This document shows, in pieces, positions 8,209 to 18,571 of a stretch of 64,000 nucleotides of DNA. The translations under genes and the position numbers were made by a program. The notes beneath the pieces are model-generated. The model worked only from the letters and a program-made list of their open reading frames with translations. It was not told the origin of the DNA and ran no database searches. Source of the DNA: a virus; the IMG/VR virus record IMGVR_UViG_3300045988_164636, positions 62,875 to 126,874 of that record. One strand, given 5' to 3'. The stretch's first letter is position 1. Each line of letters opens with the position of its first letter.

Positions 8209-9292
8209 AGATTTAATAAAACAGGGGCTTACAATAGAAAATATAGAGGATTTTGTAAATAATTATGGTGGAGAAGCAATAAGAAAAGATGATGTTCTTA
8301 TTTGCCGCACAATCTGTCATAATAATATTGGTGAAGGTCATCATAAATTATATTATTATGATAATTCTCATTTATTTAAATGTTATACAGGATGTGAAAA
8401 TGATACTTTTGATATTTTTGAATTAATTATCAAAATAAAAGAACATCAAGGTATACAATTATCTCTGCCACAAGCAATATATGAAATTTGTAATTACTTT
8501 AATCTTTCTTTTGAAGAAGAAATACCGGAAGAAATTTCAAAAGATTTAAAAGACGACTGGACACTTTTACAAAAATATGATAATTTATATACCCCAAAAG
8601 AAGAAAAAATTATACAATTAAAAGGGTATGATGATTCTATTATTAAAAATTATCCTCAGCCTACAATTTTATCTTGGCAAGAAGAGGGTATAAAAAAAGA
8701 AGTGTGTGATTATCATAATATTAGATATGATCCTTGTAATTGTGGAATTATTATTCCTCATTATGATATAAATAATAATTTAGTCGGAATAAGAGAAAGG
8801 ACATTAATTAAAGAAAATGAGCAGTATGGTAAATATCGTCCTGCAATTTTTAAAGGAGTTATGTATAATCATGCTCTTGGCTACAATTTATATAATTTAA
8901 ATTGGAGCAAAAATAATATTAAAGCTTTACAAAAGGCTCTCGTATTAGAAGGAGAAAAAGGATGTCTTCAATTAGCCTCTTATCTTGGTAGAGATGTAGA
9001 TTTCTCTGTTGCTGTGTGCGGAAGTGCATTACTATCTTATCAAGTTGAATTACTTCTGAAGTGTGGAGTAAAAGAAATTATTATTGGTTTTGATAAACAA
9101 TTTGAAGATGTTAATTCAGATGAAGGAAAGAAATGGATAAAAAAATTGAAAGATATAAACAAGAAATATTGTAATTTTGTTAATATATCTTTTTTGTTTG
9201 ATAAAGATAACTTATTACCTTATAAAGCTTCTCCAACAGATAAGGGAATAGAAATATTTATGAAGTTATTTAATGAAAGGATTTTTCTATAA
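8201..9292 (+). CDS. dnaG: DnaG-type primase
   Basis: CHC2-type zinc finger (CRTICHNN..HKLYYYDNSHLFKCYTGC) and a TOPRIM-like VLEGEKGCLQL block. Confidence 0.8.
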   Translation: MNKDLIKQGLTIENIEDFVNNYGGEAIRKDDVLICRTICHNNIGEGHHKLYYYDNSHLFKCYTGCENDTFDIFELIIKIKEHQGIQLSLPQAIYEICNYFNLSFEEEIPEEISKDLKDDWTLLQKYDNLYTPKEEKIIQLKGYDDSIIKNYPQPTILSWQEEGIKKEVCDYHNIRYDPCNCGIIIPHYDINNNLVGIRERTLIKENEQYGKYRPAIFKGVMYNHALGYNLYNLNWSKNNIKALQKALVLEGEKGCLQLASYLGRDVDFSVAVCGSALLSYQVELLLKCGVKEIIIGFDKQFEDVNSDEGKKWIKKLKDINKKYCNFVNISFLFDKDNLLPYKASPTDKGIEIFMKLFNERIFL

Positions 9293-9735
9293 TGGTCATT
9301 GAAAAAGAAATTGATTTATTTTCTTTACCTGCGGAAGATTTTTATTTTGTGCAGTGTGTAAGTTCAGATTTTAAAATGGGAAAAGGGATAGCTTTACAAT
9401 TTAATCAACATTTTGAATGTAAAAAAGCTATGAGTAAAAGTTATAGTAGTTATAAATGGACGGGCAAAGGCGATTGTCTTTTACCTAAAAATCATAAAGT
9501 TTTTCATTTGATTACTAAAAATAGATATTGGGATAAACCAACTTACAGGACAATAAAAGAAAGTTTATTTCAACTTAAAGAATTTTGTTCAGAATTAAAT
9601 ATTAAAAAAATTGCAATGCCACAAATTGGATGTGGATTGGATAATCTTATTTGGGAAAAAGTTAAAAAAATATTAATAGAATTATTTGAAGATGAGAATA
9701 TTGAAGTGATAGTTTGTATTTGGAAAGGAGAATAA
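9292..9735 (+). CDS. macro-domain protein (ADP-ribose binding / hydrolase family)
   Basis: FVQCVSSDFKMGKGIALQF .. IAMPQIGCGLDNL .. is typical of small macro domains. Confidence 0.65.
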   Translation: MVIEKEIDLFSLPAEDFYFVQCVSSDFKMGKGIALQFNQHFECKKAMSKSYSSYKWTGKGDCLLPKNHKVFHLITKNRYWDKPTYRTIKESLFQLKEFCSELNIKKIAMPQIGCGLDNLIWEKVKKILIELFEDENIEVIVCIWKGE

Positions 9736-9741
9736 TTTGCT

Positions 9742-9972
9742 ATGGAAAAAGAGAATATAATGACAAATATTATTGATAAAGCTCTCATTGATTATCTTAT
9801 GGCGTATTATAATACTTCTATTACTACACGACCTGTATTATTATTAAACTCAAAAATGGCGGAAATTATGAAAAATAAATTAAGTTACGATAATAATCAG
9901 ATCATGTATCTTGATAAAATAGAAGTTCTTATTGCAAATCATTTAGGAGATTTTGAAGTAGATGTCCATTAA
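9742..9972 (+). CDS. hypothetical protein
   Basis: 76-aa ORF tightly packed between the macro and DHH genes. Confidence 0.4.
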   Translation: MEKENIMTNIIDKALIDYLMAYYNTSITTRPVLLLNSKMAEIMKNKLSYDNNQIMYLDKIEVLIANHLGDFEVDVH

Positions 9973-11749
9973 ATATAAATTAATAAATGAGCCTCAAGGC
10001 TTTTCCGCCACAGAACAAATTATGTTTAATAGAGGGATTCCTACTTCTGATTTTGGTAATTATATATATACTTCTGATGAAGATGTAAATGATTATAAAT
10101 TACTTAATCTTCATCAACTTATGAGAGCAGAAACAGCCTTAGCTAAAGCTCTTGAACAAAAGAAAAAGATATGTATAATAGTTGATAGTGATTGTGATGG
10201 ATTTACATCTGCCGCATTACTTATTAATTATCTATTTCAAATAGATAAAGAAGCAGTAGAAGAAAGAATTGATTGGTTAATTCATGAAGGCAAACAGCAT
10301 GGATTAGCAGATCATATAGATAATATTTTGACAAAAGATTATGGACTTGTAATTGTTCCCGATGCGGGAAGCAATGATTTATTAGAACATAAAGCATTAG
10401 CTAAAAATCATATTGATTGTTTAATTTTAGATCATCATGATGTAGATATTGAAAATTTTGATATTGAATCTTATGAAGATGCAATTATTATAAATAATCA
10501 GTTGTGTAATTATCCAAATAAGGATTTATCTGGTGCAGGAGTGGTATATCAATTTTGTCGCTATTTAGATGATAAGTGGAACTGTTGCTATGCGGATGAT
10601 TTTCTTGACTTAGTAGCAACGGGTCTAGACGGCGATATGATGAGCTTGCTCTCGAGAGAAACCAAGCACCTTATCTGGAAGGGGTTCAAAAGTATTGATA
10701 ATATTCGGAATCCTTTTATTTCAGGTATGGTTAAGAAAAATGATTTTAGTTTAAATAAAGCTGAATATAAGTCTGAATATTTAGCGATAAGTCCTATGGG
10801 AGCCGCATTTTTCATTGTTCCTTTTATAAATGCTACAATGCGAAGTGGAACAACAGAAGAAAAAGAGCTGGTTTTTGAAGCAATGTTAACACATAAAGCT
10901 TTTCAAAAAATTCCTTCCAATAAAAGAGGACATTCTATAGGAGAAATGGAATCAGTATTAGAGCAAGCTTTAAGAACAGTAACTAATATTAAAAACAGGC
11001 AGACAAAAGCTCAAGATTCTGGGTTAATGGCGATTGAAAAAGAAATAGAAGAAAATCATCTTATGGAACATAAAACTCTTTTATTTTGTGAGCCATCTGG
11101 TATTATATCTCCAAATGTAGCAGGATTAGTTGCAAACAAGATTATGGCAAAATACCAACGTCCTGTTTGTATTTTAATTGATTGCGGAGATGCATATCAG
11201 GGCTCCGCAAGAGGTTGTGAAAAAGCAGATGTAAAAGATTTTAAAAAGTATTGCTTAAATTATGAAAACACTAATTATGCTGTTGGGCATCCGGGGGCTT
11301 TTGGATTATCAATTCCTAAAAATAAAAAAGAAGATTTTATTTCTTATATGGATAAAAATCTGCCGCCTATGTCTAATAAGCCAATTTATTTTGTTGATTA
11401 TATTTTTCAAGGAGAGAATTTTGAAAAAGAAACAATATTAGATATAGCTAAAATGAATGACTTTTGGGGAAAAGATTTTGATAGAAGTCAAATTGCGATT
11501 GAAAATTTAAAATTAGATTTAAAGAAAATAAATGTATATCAAAAGAAAAATATTACAATAAAAATACAATTAAATAATGACGTTGCAATAATGTGGTTTG
11601 ATGTGCCTGAAGATATATTAAATAAAATTGAAACTAATTCTAATTCATTATCTTTAAATTTAGTTGGAGAATGTGTTAAAAATGAATTTATGGGTACAAT
11701 AACTCCTCAAATTAAAATAGTAGATTATGAGCTAAATTATATTTTTTAG
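9962..11749 (+). CDS. DHH/DHHA1 phosphoesterase (RecJ-like exonuclease)
   Basis: DHH motifs IIVDSDCDG, VPDAGSND, LILDHHD. DHHA1 motif GHPGAFG. Confidence 0.8.
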   Translation: MSIKYKLINEPQGFSATEQIMFNRGIPTSDFGNYIYTSDEDVNDYKLLNLHQLMRAETALAKALEQKKKICIIVDSDCDGFTSAALLINYLFQIDKEAVEERIDWLIHEGKQHGLADHIDNILTKDYGLVIVPDAGSNDLLEHKALAKNHIDCLILDHHDVDIENFDIESYEDAIIINNQLCNYPNKDLSGAGVVYQFCRYLDDKWNCCYADDFLDLVATGLDGDMMSLLSRETKHLIWKGFKSIDNIRNPFISGMVKKNDFSLNKAEYKSEYLAISPMGAAFFIVPFINATMRSGTTEEKELVFEAMLTHKAFQKIPSNKRGHSIGEMESVLEQALRTVTNIKNRQTKAQDSGLMAIEKEIEENHLMEHKTLLFCEPSGIISPNVAGLVANKIMAKYQRPVCILIDCGDAYQGSARGCEKADVKDFKKYCLNYENTNYAVGHPGAFGLSIPKNKKEDFISYMDKNLPPMSNKPIYFVDYIFQGENFEKETILDIAKMNDFWGKDFDRSQIAIENLKLDLKKINVYQKKNITIKIQLNNDVAIMWFDVPEDILNKIETNSNSLSLNLVGECVKNEFMGTITPQIKIVDYELNYIF

Positions 11750-11782
11750 GCGGCTGGAGAGCAACCTATAGAAATCTTAAAA

Positions 11783-11828
11783 AGCAAAAATGGGTTTAGA
11801 AATTTTTCATCCGATTTTTGCTTTTTTG
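11783..11828 (+). terminator. probable terminator
   Basis: agcaaaaat (11783-11791) / atttttgct (11814-11822) with a 22-nt loop, followed by tttttt. Confidence 0.4.
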
Positions 11829-11854
11829 ATTTTTTTATAAAAAAATGATATAAT
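11826..11854 (+). promoter_or_regulatory. sigma70-type promoter (TTGATT-17-TATAAT, extended TG)
   Basis: ttgatt 11826-11831, 17-nt spacer ending in tg, tataat 11849-11854. Confidence 0.55.
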
Positions 11855-11888
11855 AAATTATAAGAAATAAAAGGAGAAAAAATAATTA

Positions 11889-13091
11889 ATGCAACTTACT
11901 AAAAAACAAGAAGAAGGTTTAAGAATAGCGGTTCAAAGATATAGAAATGGAGAAAAATGCACGGTTATATCGGGATACGCCGGGTCGGGAAAGTCAACAT
12001 TGATTAAGTTTATTATTGAAGCCCTAAAAATGATAAACCCCTGCCTAGCAGATAAAGATATTGTATATACTTGCTTTACGGGTAAAGCTTGCAACGTATT
12101 AATGCAAAAAGGATTAAAGAATGTTAAAACTTTAAATAAATTATTATATGAGAGCCGTCCTAAAAAAGAAGGCGGATACACCAATACTCCTGTACGTCGC
12201 ATAACAGAAAAAATTGTTATTGTAGACGAAGTAAGTATGGCTCCAGTTAAATTAATGAAATTATTATTTTCATATAATGTATATGTGATTTGTTGCGGAG
12301 ATCCTTTCCAGCTGCCGCCTGTATCAAAAGATGAAGATAATCATTTATTAGACCATCCTCATATTTTTCTTGATAAAATTATGCGGCAGGCTCAAGATTC
12401 AGAAATTATAAGATTAAGTATGAAAATTAGAAATTATCAGCCTATTGTTCCTTCTGATTATAATAAAGAAGTTTTAGTTTTTAATAAAGATGATTTAACT
12501 GATGGTATGTTAACTTGGGCAGATCAAATTCTCGTAGCAACAAATAAAACTCGAACATCTATTAATACAACAATGCGTACTCTTGCGGGTAGGGGAGAAA
12601 AGCCTGAAAATGGAGATAAAGTTATTTGTTTGAGAAATTATTGGGACGAAAGAAACTCAAATGGAGATGCCCTTGTAAATGGAACAATTGGACAAATTAT
12701 GACACCTTCTGAATTAACAGTAAATTTTCCTTCTTATATACAAGGACTCGACCACTATTCTTGCCCTTGTATTAGTGGATTTTTTGTTGATGAGCTGGGT
12801 AACACATACAATAAAAGTTTTAATATAGATAAACAGTTGTTTAATACTGGAGAAAATTTCTTAACTTGGAAAGATGAATATAATATATGCAAAAGGAAAG
12901 GCGGAAAATATTTAATTCCTTATGAATTTACTTATGGATATGCAATTACAACACATAGAGCACAAGGTTCTCAGTGGGATAAAGTTCTTGTAGTTGAAGA
13001 ACAATTCCCGCATAATAGAGAAGAACACGCTCGTTGGCTATATACTGCGGCAACTCGCGCCGCTTCCAAATTAGTATTAATAAGAGAATAA
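11889..13091 (+). CDS. SF1 helicase, RecD/Dda-like
   Basis: Walker A GYAGSGKST, Walker B IVDEVSM, CGDPFQLPPV, YAITTHRAQGSQW. Confidence 0.85.
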   Translation: MQLTKKQEEGLRIAVQRYRNGEKCTVISGYAGSGKSTLIKFIIEALKMINPCLADKDIVYTCFTGKACNVLMQKGLKNVKTLNKLLYESRPKKEGGYTNTPVRRITEKIVIVDEVSMAPVKLMKLLFSYNVYVICCGDPFQLPPVSKDEDNHLLDHPHIFLDKIMRQAQDSEIIRLSMKIRNYQPIVPSDYNKEVLVFNKDDLTDGMLTWADQILVATNKTRTSINTTMRTLAGRGEKPENGDKVICLRNYWDERNSNGDALVNGTIGQIMTPSELTVNFPSYIQGLDHYSCPCISGFFVDELGNTYNKSFNIDKQLFNTGENFLTWKDEYNICKRKGGKYLIPYEFTYGYAITTHRAQGSQWDKVLVVEEQFPHNREEHARWLYTAATRAASKLVLIRE

Positions 13092-13104
13092 AGGAGAAAA
13101 TAAT

Positions 13105-13887
13105 ATGACTTATATGGGAAGTAAAAGAAAATATTGTAAATATATTGTTCCAATTATTCAGAAATATATTGATGAACATAATATTACGGTTTTTGCTGAT
13201 GTCTTTTGTGGAGGAGCAAATTTAACAGATAAAATTCAATGTTAAAAAGTAATTGGTAATGATTTATCTCCAACTTTAATTGCTTTACATCAAACTGCAC
13301 AGAAAGACTTTTCTAAAATTCCAACGGATGGAAGTAGAGAATATTGGGATAAAGCATATACTGAATACAAAAAAATTAAATCTGCTATGGATAAGGGAGA
13401 AGAATATCAGCCAGAAATGCCATTGTTTGAAATAGGTGCAATTGAATGGTATGCAAGCTTTTCTAATGGCGGATTTCCACGAGGTTATGCTAAAAATACT
13501 CAAACTCGTAATTATTATCAAGAAGGTTGGCGGAATCACAAAAAACAGCTTGAAAATCCTTTGTATAAAAATATTAATTTTATACAAGGTAACTATAAAG
13601 ATATTTTATCTAATTTAGATAGCATTGACCTTAGTCATACACTTTTCTATTGTGACAGCCCTTATAAAGGAACAAAAAATCCTAAATTTAATCATGAAGA
13701 ATATTATAATTGGTTAAGAGAAACAAGTAAATATGTTCCAATTTTTATTAGCGAACAGATAATGCCAGAAGACTTTTCTATTCTTTGGGAAAAAGAAGCA
13801 AAAAGAACAGCTGGAAAAGATAATAATTTTAAAGCTTATGAAAGACTTTATTTTATAGATAATAGAAAGGATATTAATAATGGATAA
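13105..13887 (+). pseudogene. dam: Dam-family N6-adenine DNA methyltransferase with one in-frame TAA (13243-13245)
   Basis: MTYMGSKRK..DVFCGGANL (motif I) then TAA, then the same frame continues ..VIGNDL..DSPY (motif IV). The stop occupies a single residue position relative to T4 Dam as I recall it. Confidence 0.75.
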
Positions 13888-14548
13888 CAGAAAATCGCAT
13901 TACAATAAGAAGGGTTTATATATGGGATATGATAAAAATCATAAAGAGAGAGAAGCTCTTGATTATTATGCCACAGATCCAAAAGAAGTAAAAAATATAT
14001 TAGATGTTTTAAAAATAAAAGATATTGATAAATCAATTATTTTAGAACCCTGTGCAGGTGGGGGACATATGCTTTATGCAATACTCAATTATTTGAATAA
14101 TAATTATAATACTTATTTTACACCTCTTGCAACAGATGTTCAGAAAAGAGAATTATTTGATGAGCATTTAGAAATTTCAACTGGAAAAGAATTTGACTTT
14201 TTATCTGATGATTATCCTTATACAGAAAATATAGATTATATTATTATGAATCCGCCTTATTCAGTTATTCAACCTTTTGTTATGAAATCTCTAGAGATTG
14301 CAAATAAGGGTGTACTAATATTGGGTAGACTTCAGTTTTTAGAAGGAGGTAAAAGATATGAAAGTATTTTTAAAGAAAATCCGCCAACAGATATATATGT
14401 ATATGTAGATAGAATAAATTGCTATAAAAATGGAGATTTTAGTCGAGGCTCTGGACAACAAGCTTATGCTTGGTATTATTGGGATTTTACGAAAAAAGAA
14501 CAAAATAAAATTGAAACTCATTTTATAAGAAGAGCAGATAAAAAATGA
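13880..14548 (+). CDS. N6-adenine DNA methyltransferase (second, intact)
   Basis: LEPCAGGGHM (SAM-binding motif I) and IIMNPPYS (motif IV). Confidence 0.7.
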   Translation: MDNRKSHYNKKGLYMGYDKNHKEREALDYYATDPKEVKNILDVLKIKDIDKSIILEPCAGGGHMLYAILNYLNNNYNTYFTPLATDVQKRELFDEHLEISTGKEFDFLSDDYPYTENIDYIIMNPPYSVIQPFVMKSLEIANKGVLILGRLQFLEGGKRYESIFKENPPTDIYVYVDRINCYKNGDFSRGSGQQAYAWYYWDFTKKEQNKIETHFIRRADKK

Positions 14549-14573
14549 TTTTATTATAAAAATATGATATAAT
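14545..14573 (+). promoter_or_regulatory. possible promoter (weak -35, extended -10 TGATATAAT)
   Basis: tgatataat 14565-14573, the same block as at 11846-11854. The -35 region atgatt is a poor match. Confidence 0.35.
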
Positions 14574-14602
14574 ATATATGATAAATAAGAAAGGAGATAA
14601 AA

Positions 14603-17600
14603 ATGGAATACTTATCTCGTTTTGAGCCACACAGTCATACAACTTTTAGTAATATCCGATTACTTGATTGTATAAATTCGCCAGAAGCTCTTATAGATAG
14701 GGCGGTACAATTAGGTCTGAATGGAATTGCAATAACAGACCATGAAAGCTTAGGTAGTGCAGTTATAATTAAGAAATATGAGAAGATTATTCAAGAAAGT
14801 AATCCTAATTTTAAGGTTGCTATTGGAGATGAAATTTACTTAACAAAAGATAGAAGAAATGGACAGAAATATTACCATTTTATTTTAATTGCAAAAAATG
14901 AAATAGGTTTTAGAGCTTTAAAAGAGATTTCTTCTAAAGCGTGGTTAAATGGTTATACTGATAGAAGAATGTTCAGAGTTCCTATTACTTATGATGAATT
15001 AGAAAAAATAATTAAAAAGTTTCCTAATTCAATTATGGCGACTACAGCTTGTTTAGGTGGACAGACTTCCTCAAAGTTATCTGAGCTAATTCAGGCAGAA
15101 AAGGCAGGAGATGAAGCAACTGCCGCAATTATTCACAATGAATTAGTAGACTTTATTTTATGGTGTAAAGAATTATTTGGAGAAGATTTTTATATTGAAT
15201 GTGCGCCTGGTTGTTCCCATGAACAAATTGAAGTAAATAAAAGATTAAAATCTCTTGCAGATTGTTTTAATTTGCCAATGGTTATAGGCACAGACGCCCA
15301 CTTCCTTAAGAAAGAGGACAGATATGTTCATAAAGCATATTTAACTTCAAAGCCCGGAGATGGCAACAGAGAAGTAGATGCATTCTATGAATATGCTTAT
15401 TTACAATCTAATGAAGAAATTATCAATCATTTAAGTCAGTCAAATTTTTTAAGACAAGAAGTCTTACAGATGTTTGATAATAGTATAAAAATGTATGATA
15501 AGATTAAGAATTATGACATATTTAAAACGCAGCAAATTCCGCCTGTGCCAGTTAAAGATTATCCCAAAACAGATTGGTTTAAAAATGAAGAGTTTGATTA
15601 TCCAAATTTAAAAAATATGTTTACTTCTGATAATAAAGTTGAACGAAATTGGGTTAATCAATGTTGGACTGCTCTTAATGAAAAAATAGGTAATTGGAAA
15701 GAACATCGTAATTATGTAGAAGAATTAGAAGAAGAAGCAAGAGTAAAGAAGGTTATCAGTGGTAAGCTTCACAACAATATGTTTCAATATCCTATAACAC
15801 TTCAATATTATATTGATATGATTTGGGAATGTGGAAGTACAATTGGTGCAGGAAGAGGATCTGCCTGTGCTGCATTAAATCATTATCTACTTGGAATTAC
15901 TCAGCTAGATCCAGTAGAATATAATCTACCTTTTTTCCGTTATCTCAACGATGAACGTGAAGAACTTGGTGATATAGATATAGATTTAGCTCCTTCTAAA
16001 AGACCGACAATTATAAAGAAAATAAAAAATGAAAGACGACAGTATTTAAATCAAGATTTAGATGAAGAATTTTTAAAAGAATTAGGAGCTACTTTTGTAG
16101 CAACATATGGAACAGAAAATACCAAATCTGCAATATTAGCTGGTTGTCGAGGATATAGAAGTGAAGATTATCCCGAAGGCATTATGCCAGAAGATGCACA
16201 ATATTTATCTTCATTAATTCCAGTTGAAAGAGGTTTTAACTGGACATTAAAAGATGCTTATTACGGAAATAAAGAAAAAGGAAGATATTATGTCAAATTG
16301 TTTAGGGCGGAAATGGATAATTATCCTAGACTATTAGAAATAATTTCAGGTATTGAAAATATCATTAAGTCAAGAGGTATTCATGCTTCTGGAGTAGTAT
16401 TTTTTGACGGAGATCCTTTTGAAACAACTGCTTTTATGCGGGCACCAAGTGGTGAAGTAGTAACACAGTTTGATTTGCATGATGTAGAATACTGTGGCGG
16501 AACTAAATTCGATTTTCTTTTAACTAAGATACAAGATAAAATAACTACGTTTATAAATTTACTTCAGAAAGAAAAAATTATTGAAGAAGGTTCTTTAAGA
16601 GAAATTTATAATAAATATTTTCATCCCAGTAAACTTCCTCTCGACCGAGATAAGATTTGGACAGCAATCGAAAACAACGAGGTTCTTGATTTGTTTCAAT
16701 TCGACTCGGATGTCGGCCGTCAAGCGGCTAAAAAAATTAAGCCTAAAACAATTATGGAATTATCAGATGCTAATGGACTTCTCCGCTTAATGCCAGAAGA
16801 AAAAAATGCAGAAACACCATTGGATAAGTATGTTAGATATAAAAATAACATTGGTCTTTGGTATAAAGAAATGGCAGATAATGGATTAACTAATGAGGAA
16901 ATAAAATATATTGAGCCTTATTTTAAATCGTCTTATGGTGTTCCACCTAGTCAAGAGCAAATGATGCTAATGCTAATGGATCCACATATATGTAATTTTA
17001 CATTGAAAGCGGCAAATGCGGCACGCAAGATAGTAGCGAAGAAACAAATGGACAAAATACCAGAATTAAAGGAAAAAATTGAAAAGCAAGCCCTTTCTCC
17101 TAGTCTAGGTAAATACATATGGATGTACGGTGTAACTCCCCAGCTAGGTTATTCATTTAGCGTCATACATGCGCTCGCATACTCGTTTATAGGCGTACAA
17201 TGTGCATATTCCGCAACAAACTGGAATCCTATTTTTTGGAATACCGCTTGTCTTATTGTGAATACAGATTCACTTGAAACAGATGATTGGGATGCAGAAG
17301 ATGAAGATGAAGTAGTTGAAGTAAAAGAGAAAGCAAAAGATTATGGTAAATTAGCAACTGCAATTGGAGCAATTCGCTCAAGAGGTATAAAATTAAGTTT
17401 AATTGATATTAATAATTCAGATTATACTTTTATTCCAGATGTTAAGAATAATGAGATTCTTTTTGGATTAAAAGGATGTAATAAGATTAATAACAATGTT
17501 ATTGAACAAATTAAAGCGGGAAGACCTTATTCTAGTATAAAAGATTTTATGGTGAGATGTCCATTATCTAAACCTATTATGGTTTCACTTATTAAAGCAG

Positions 17601-18571
17601 GAGCATTTGATAAACTTGATTATGAGTGGGCTAGGAAAATTTGTTCAGAACCTCGTATTGCAATTATGGCTTACTATATTTCAATAATTAGTGAACCAAA
17701 AACTAATTTAACATTGCAGAACTTTACGAGTTTAATGAAATATCATTTAATTCCAGATGAACTTGCAGAAACAAAGAAATTATTTGAATTTAACAAATAT
17801 ATAAAACAACTTAGTAAGAAAACAAAAGAATACTATATATTAGATAATGCAGCTTATAATTATTATAAGAAGTTTTATGATGAAGAATTACTTGAATCTT
17901 TTAATAATTCAATTTGTATAAAACAAAAAACTTGGGATAAGATTTATTCTTATGAAATGGATAAAGTAAGAGAATGGCTTAAAGAAAATAAAACACAAAT
18001 TTTACAGCAGTTAAATAGCATATTGTTTAAACAAACTTGGGAAAAATATGCAAATAAAAATATTTCCGCTTGGGAAATGGAATCATTATGTTTCTATTAT
18101 CATGATCATGAATTAGCTAATATTGATTTTGAAAAATATGGTATTAGCGATTTTAACAATCTTAATGATAGAGAAATTAGTAGTTATTTTAAAAGAAATG
18201 GAAGAGAGATTCCGCTTTATAAAATATCTACAATTGTTGGAACAGTTATTGCTAAAAATGATACAAAAGCAACAATTAATTTATTAACACCTACTGGTGT
18301 TGTTCCAGTAAAATTCGGCAAAGAGTATTATTCAATGTTTAAAAAGAGAATTTCTCGTCTAAATCCAGAAACAAATAAAAAGCAAATAGTTGAAGAAGGA
18401 TGGTTTAAAAAAGGTACTTTATTAATGATTAATGGTTATCGCAGAGATGATACTTTTGTTAGTAAAACTTATAAGAACACCAATGCTCATCAGTTGTATA
18501 AGATTGTAAATGTTAAAGGACGAGATATTATTTTAACTCACGAAAGAGAAAAAGGAGAAGAAGATGAATAA
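14603..18571 (+). CDS. dnaE: DNA polymerase III alpha subunit (DnaE-type, N-terminal PHP domain)
   Basis: PHP motif FEPHSHTTFS..ITDHESL. Palm motif GAGRGSACAALNHYLLGITQLDP. RGIHASGVV. Confidence 0.9.
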   Translation: MEYLSRFEPHSHTTFSNIRLLDCINSPEALIDRAVQLGLNGIAITDHESLGSAVIIKKYEKIIQESNPNFKVAIGDEIYLTKDRRNGQKYYHFILIAKNEIGFRALKEISSKAWLNGYTDRRMFRVPITYDELEKIIKKFPNSIMATTACLGGQTSSKLSELIQAEKAGDEATAAIIHNELVDFILWCKELFGEDFYIECAPGCSHEQIEVNKRLKSLADCFNLPMVIGTDAHFLKKEDRYVHKAYLTSKPGDGNREVDAFYEYAYLQSNEEIINHLSQSNFLRQEVLQMFDNSIKMYDKIKNYDIFKTQQIPPVPVKDYPKTDWFKNEEFDYPNLKNMFTSDNKVERNWVNQCWTALNEKIGNWKEHRNYVEELEEEARVKKVISGKLHNNMFQYPITLQYYIDMIWECGSTIGAGRGSACAALNHYLLGITQLDPVEYNLPFFRYLNDEREELGDIDIDLAPSKRPTIIKKIKNERRQYLNQDLDEEFLKELGATFVATYGTENTKSAILAGCRGYRSEDYPEGIMPEDAQYLSSLIPVERGFNWTLKDAYYGNKEKGRYYVKLFRAEMDNYPRLLEIISGIENIIKSRGIHASGVVFFDGDPFETTAFMRAPSGEVVTQFDLHDVEYCGGTKFDFLLTKIQDKITTFINLLQKEKIIEEGSLREIYNKYFHPSKLPLDRDKIWTAIENNEVLDLFQFDSDVGRQAAKKIKPKTIMELSDANGLLRLMPEEKNAETPLDKYVRYKNNIGLWYKEMADNGLTNEEIKYIEPYFKSSYGVPPSQEQMMLMLMDPHICNFTLKAANAARKIVAKKQMDKIPELKEKIEKQALSPSLGKYIWMYGVTPQLGYSFSVIHALAYSFIGVQCAYSATNWNPIFWNTACLIVNTDSLETDDWDAEDEDEVVEVKEKAKDYGKLATAIGAIRSRGIKLSLIDINNSDYTFIPDVKNNEILFGLKGCNKINNNVIEQIKAGRPYSSIKDFMVRCPLSKPIMVSLIKAGAFDKLDYEWARKICSEPRIAIMAYYISIISEPKTNLTLQNFTSLMKYHLIPDELAETKKLFEFNKYIKQLSKKTKEYYILDNAAYNYYKKFYDEELLESFNNSICIKQKTWDKIYSYEMDKVREWLKENKTQILQQLNSILFKQTWEKYANKNISAWEMESLCFYYHDHELANIDFEKYGISDFNNLNDREISSYFKRNGREIPLYKISTIVGTVIAKNDTKATINLLTPTGVVPVKFGKEYYSMFKKRISRLNPETNKKQIVEEGWFKKGTLLMINGYRRDDTFVSKTYKNTNAHQLYKIVNVKGRDIILTHEREKGEEDE

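Noticed and set aside
6679-18571. Inteins in DnaB or the DnaE-type polymerase, considered because of the heavy load of selfish elements
   Set aside because: The conserved helicase and polymerase motifs are contiguous with normal spacing. No embedded LAGLIDADG or HNH block was seen, and no Cys/Ser ... His-Asn-Cys/Ser boundary pattern.
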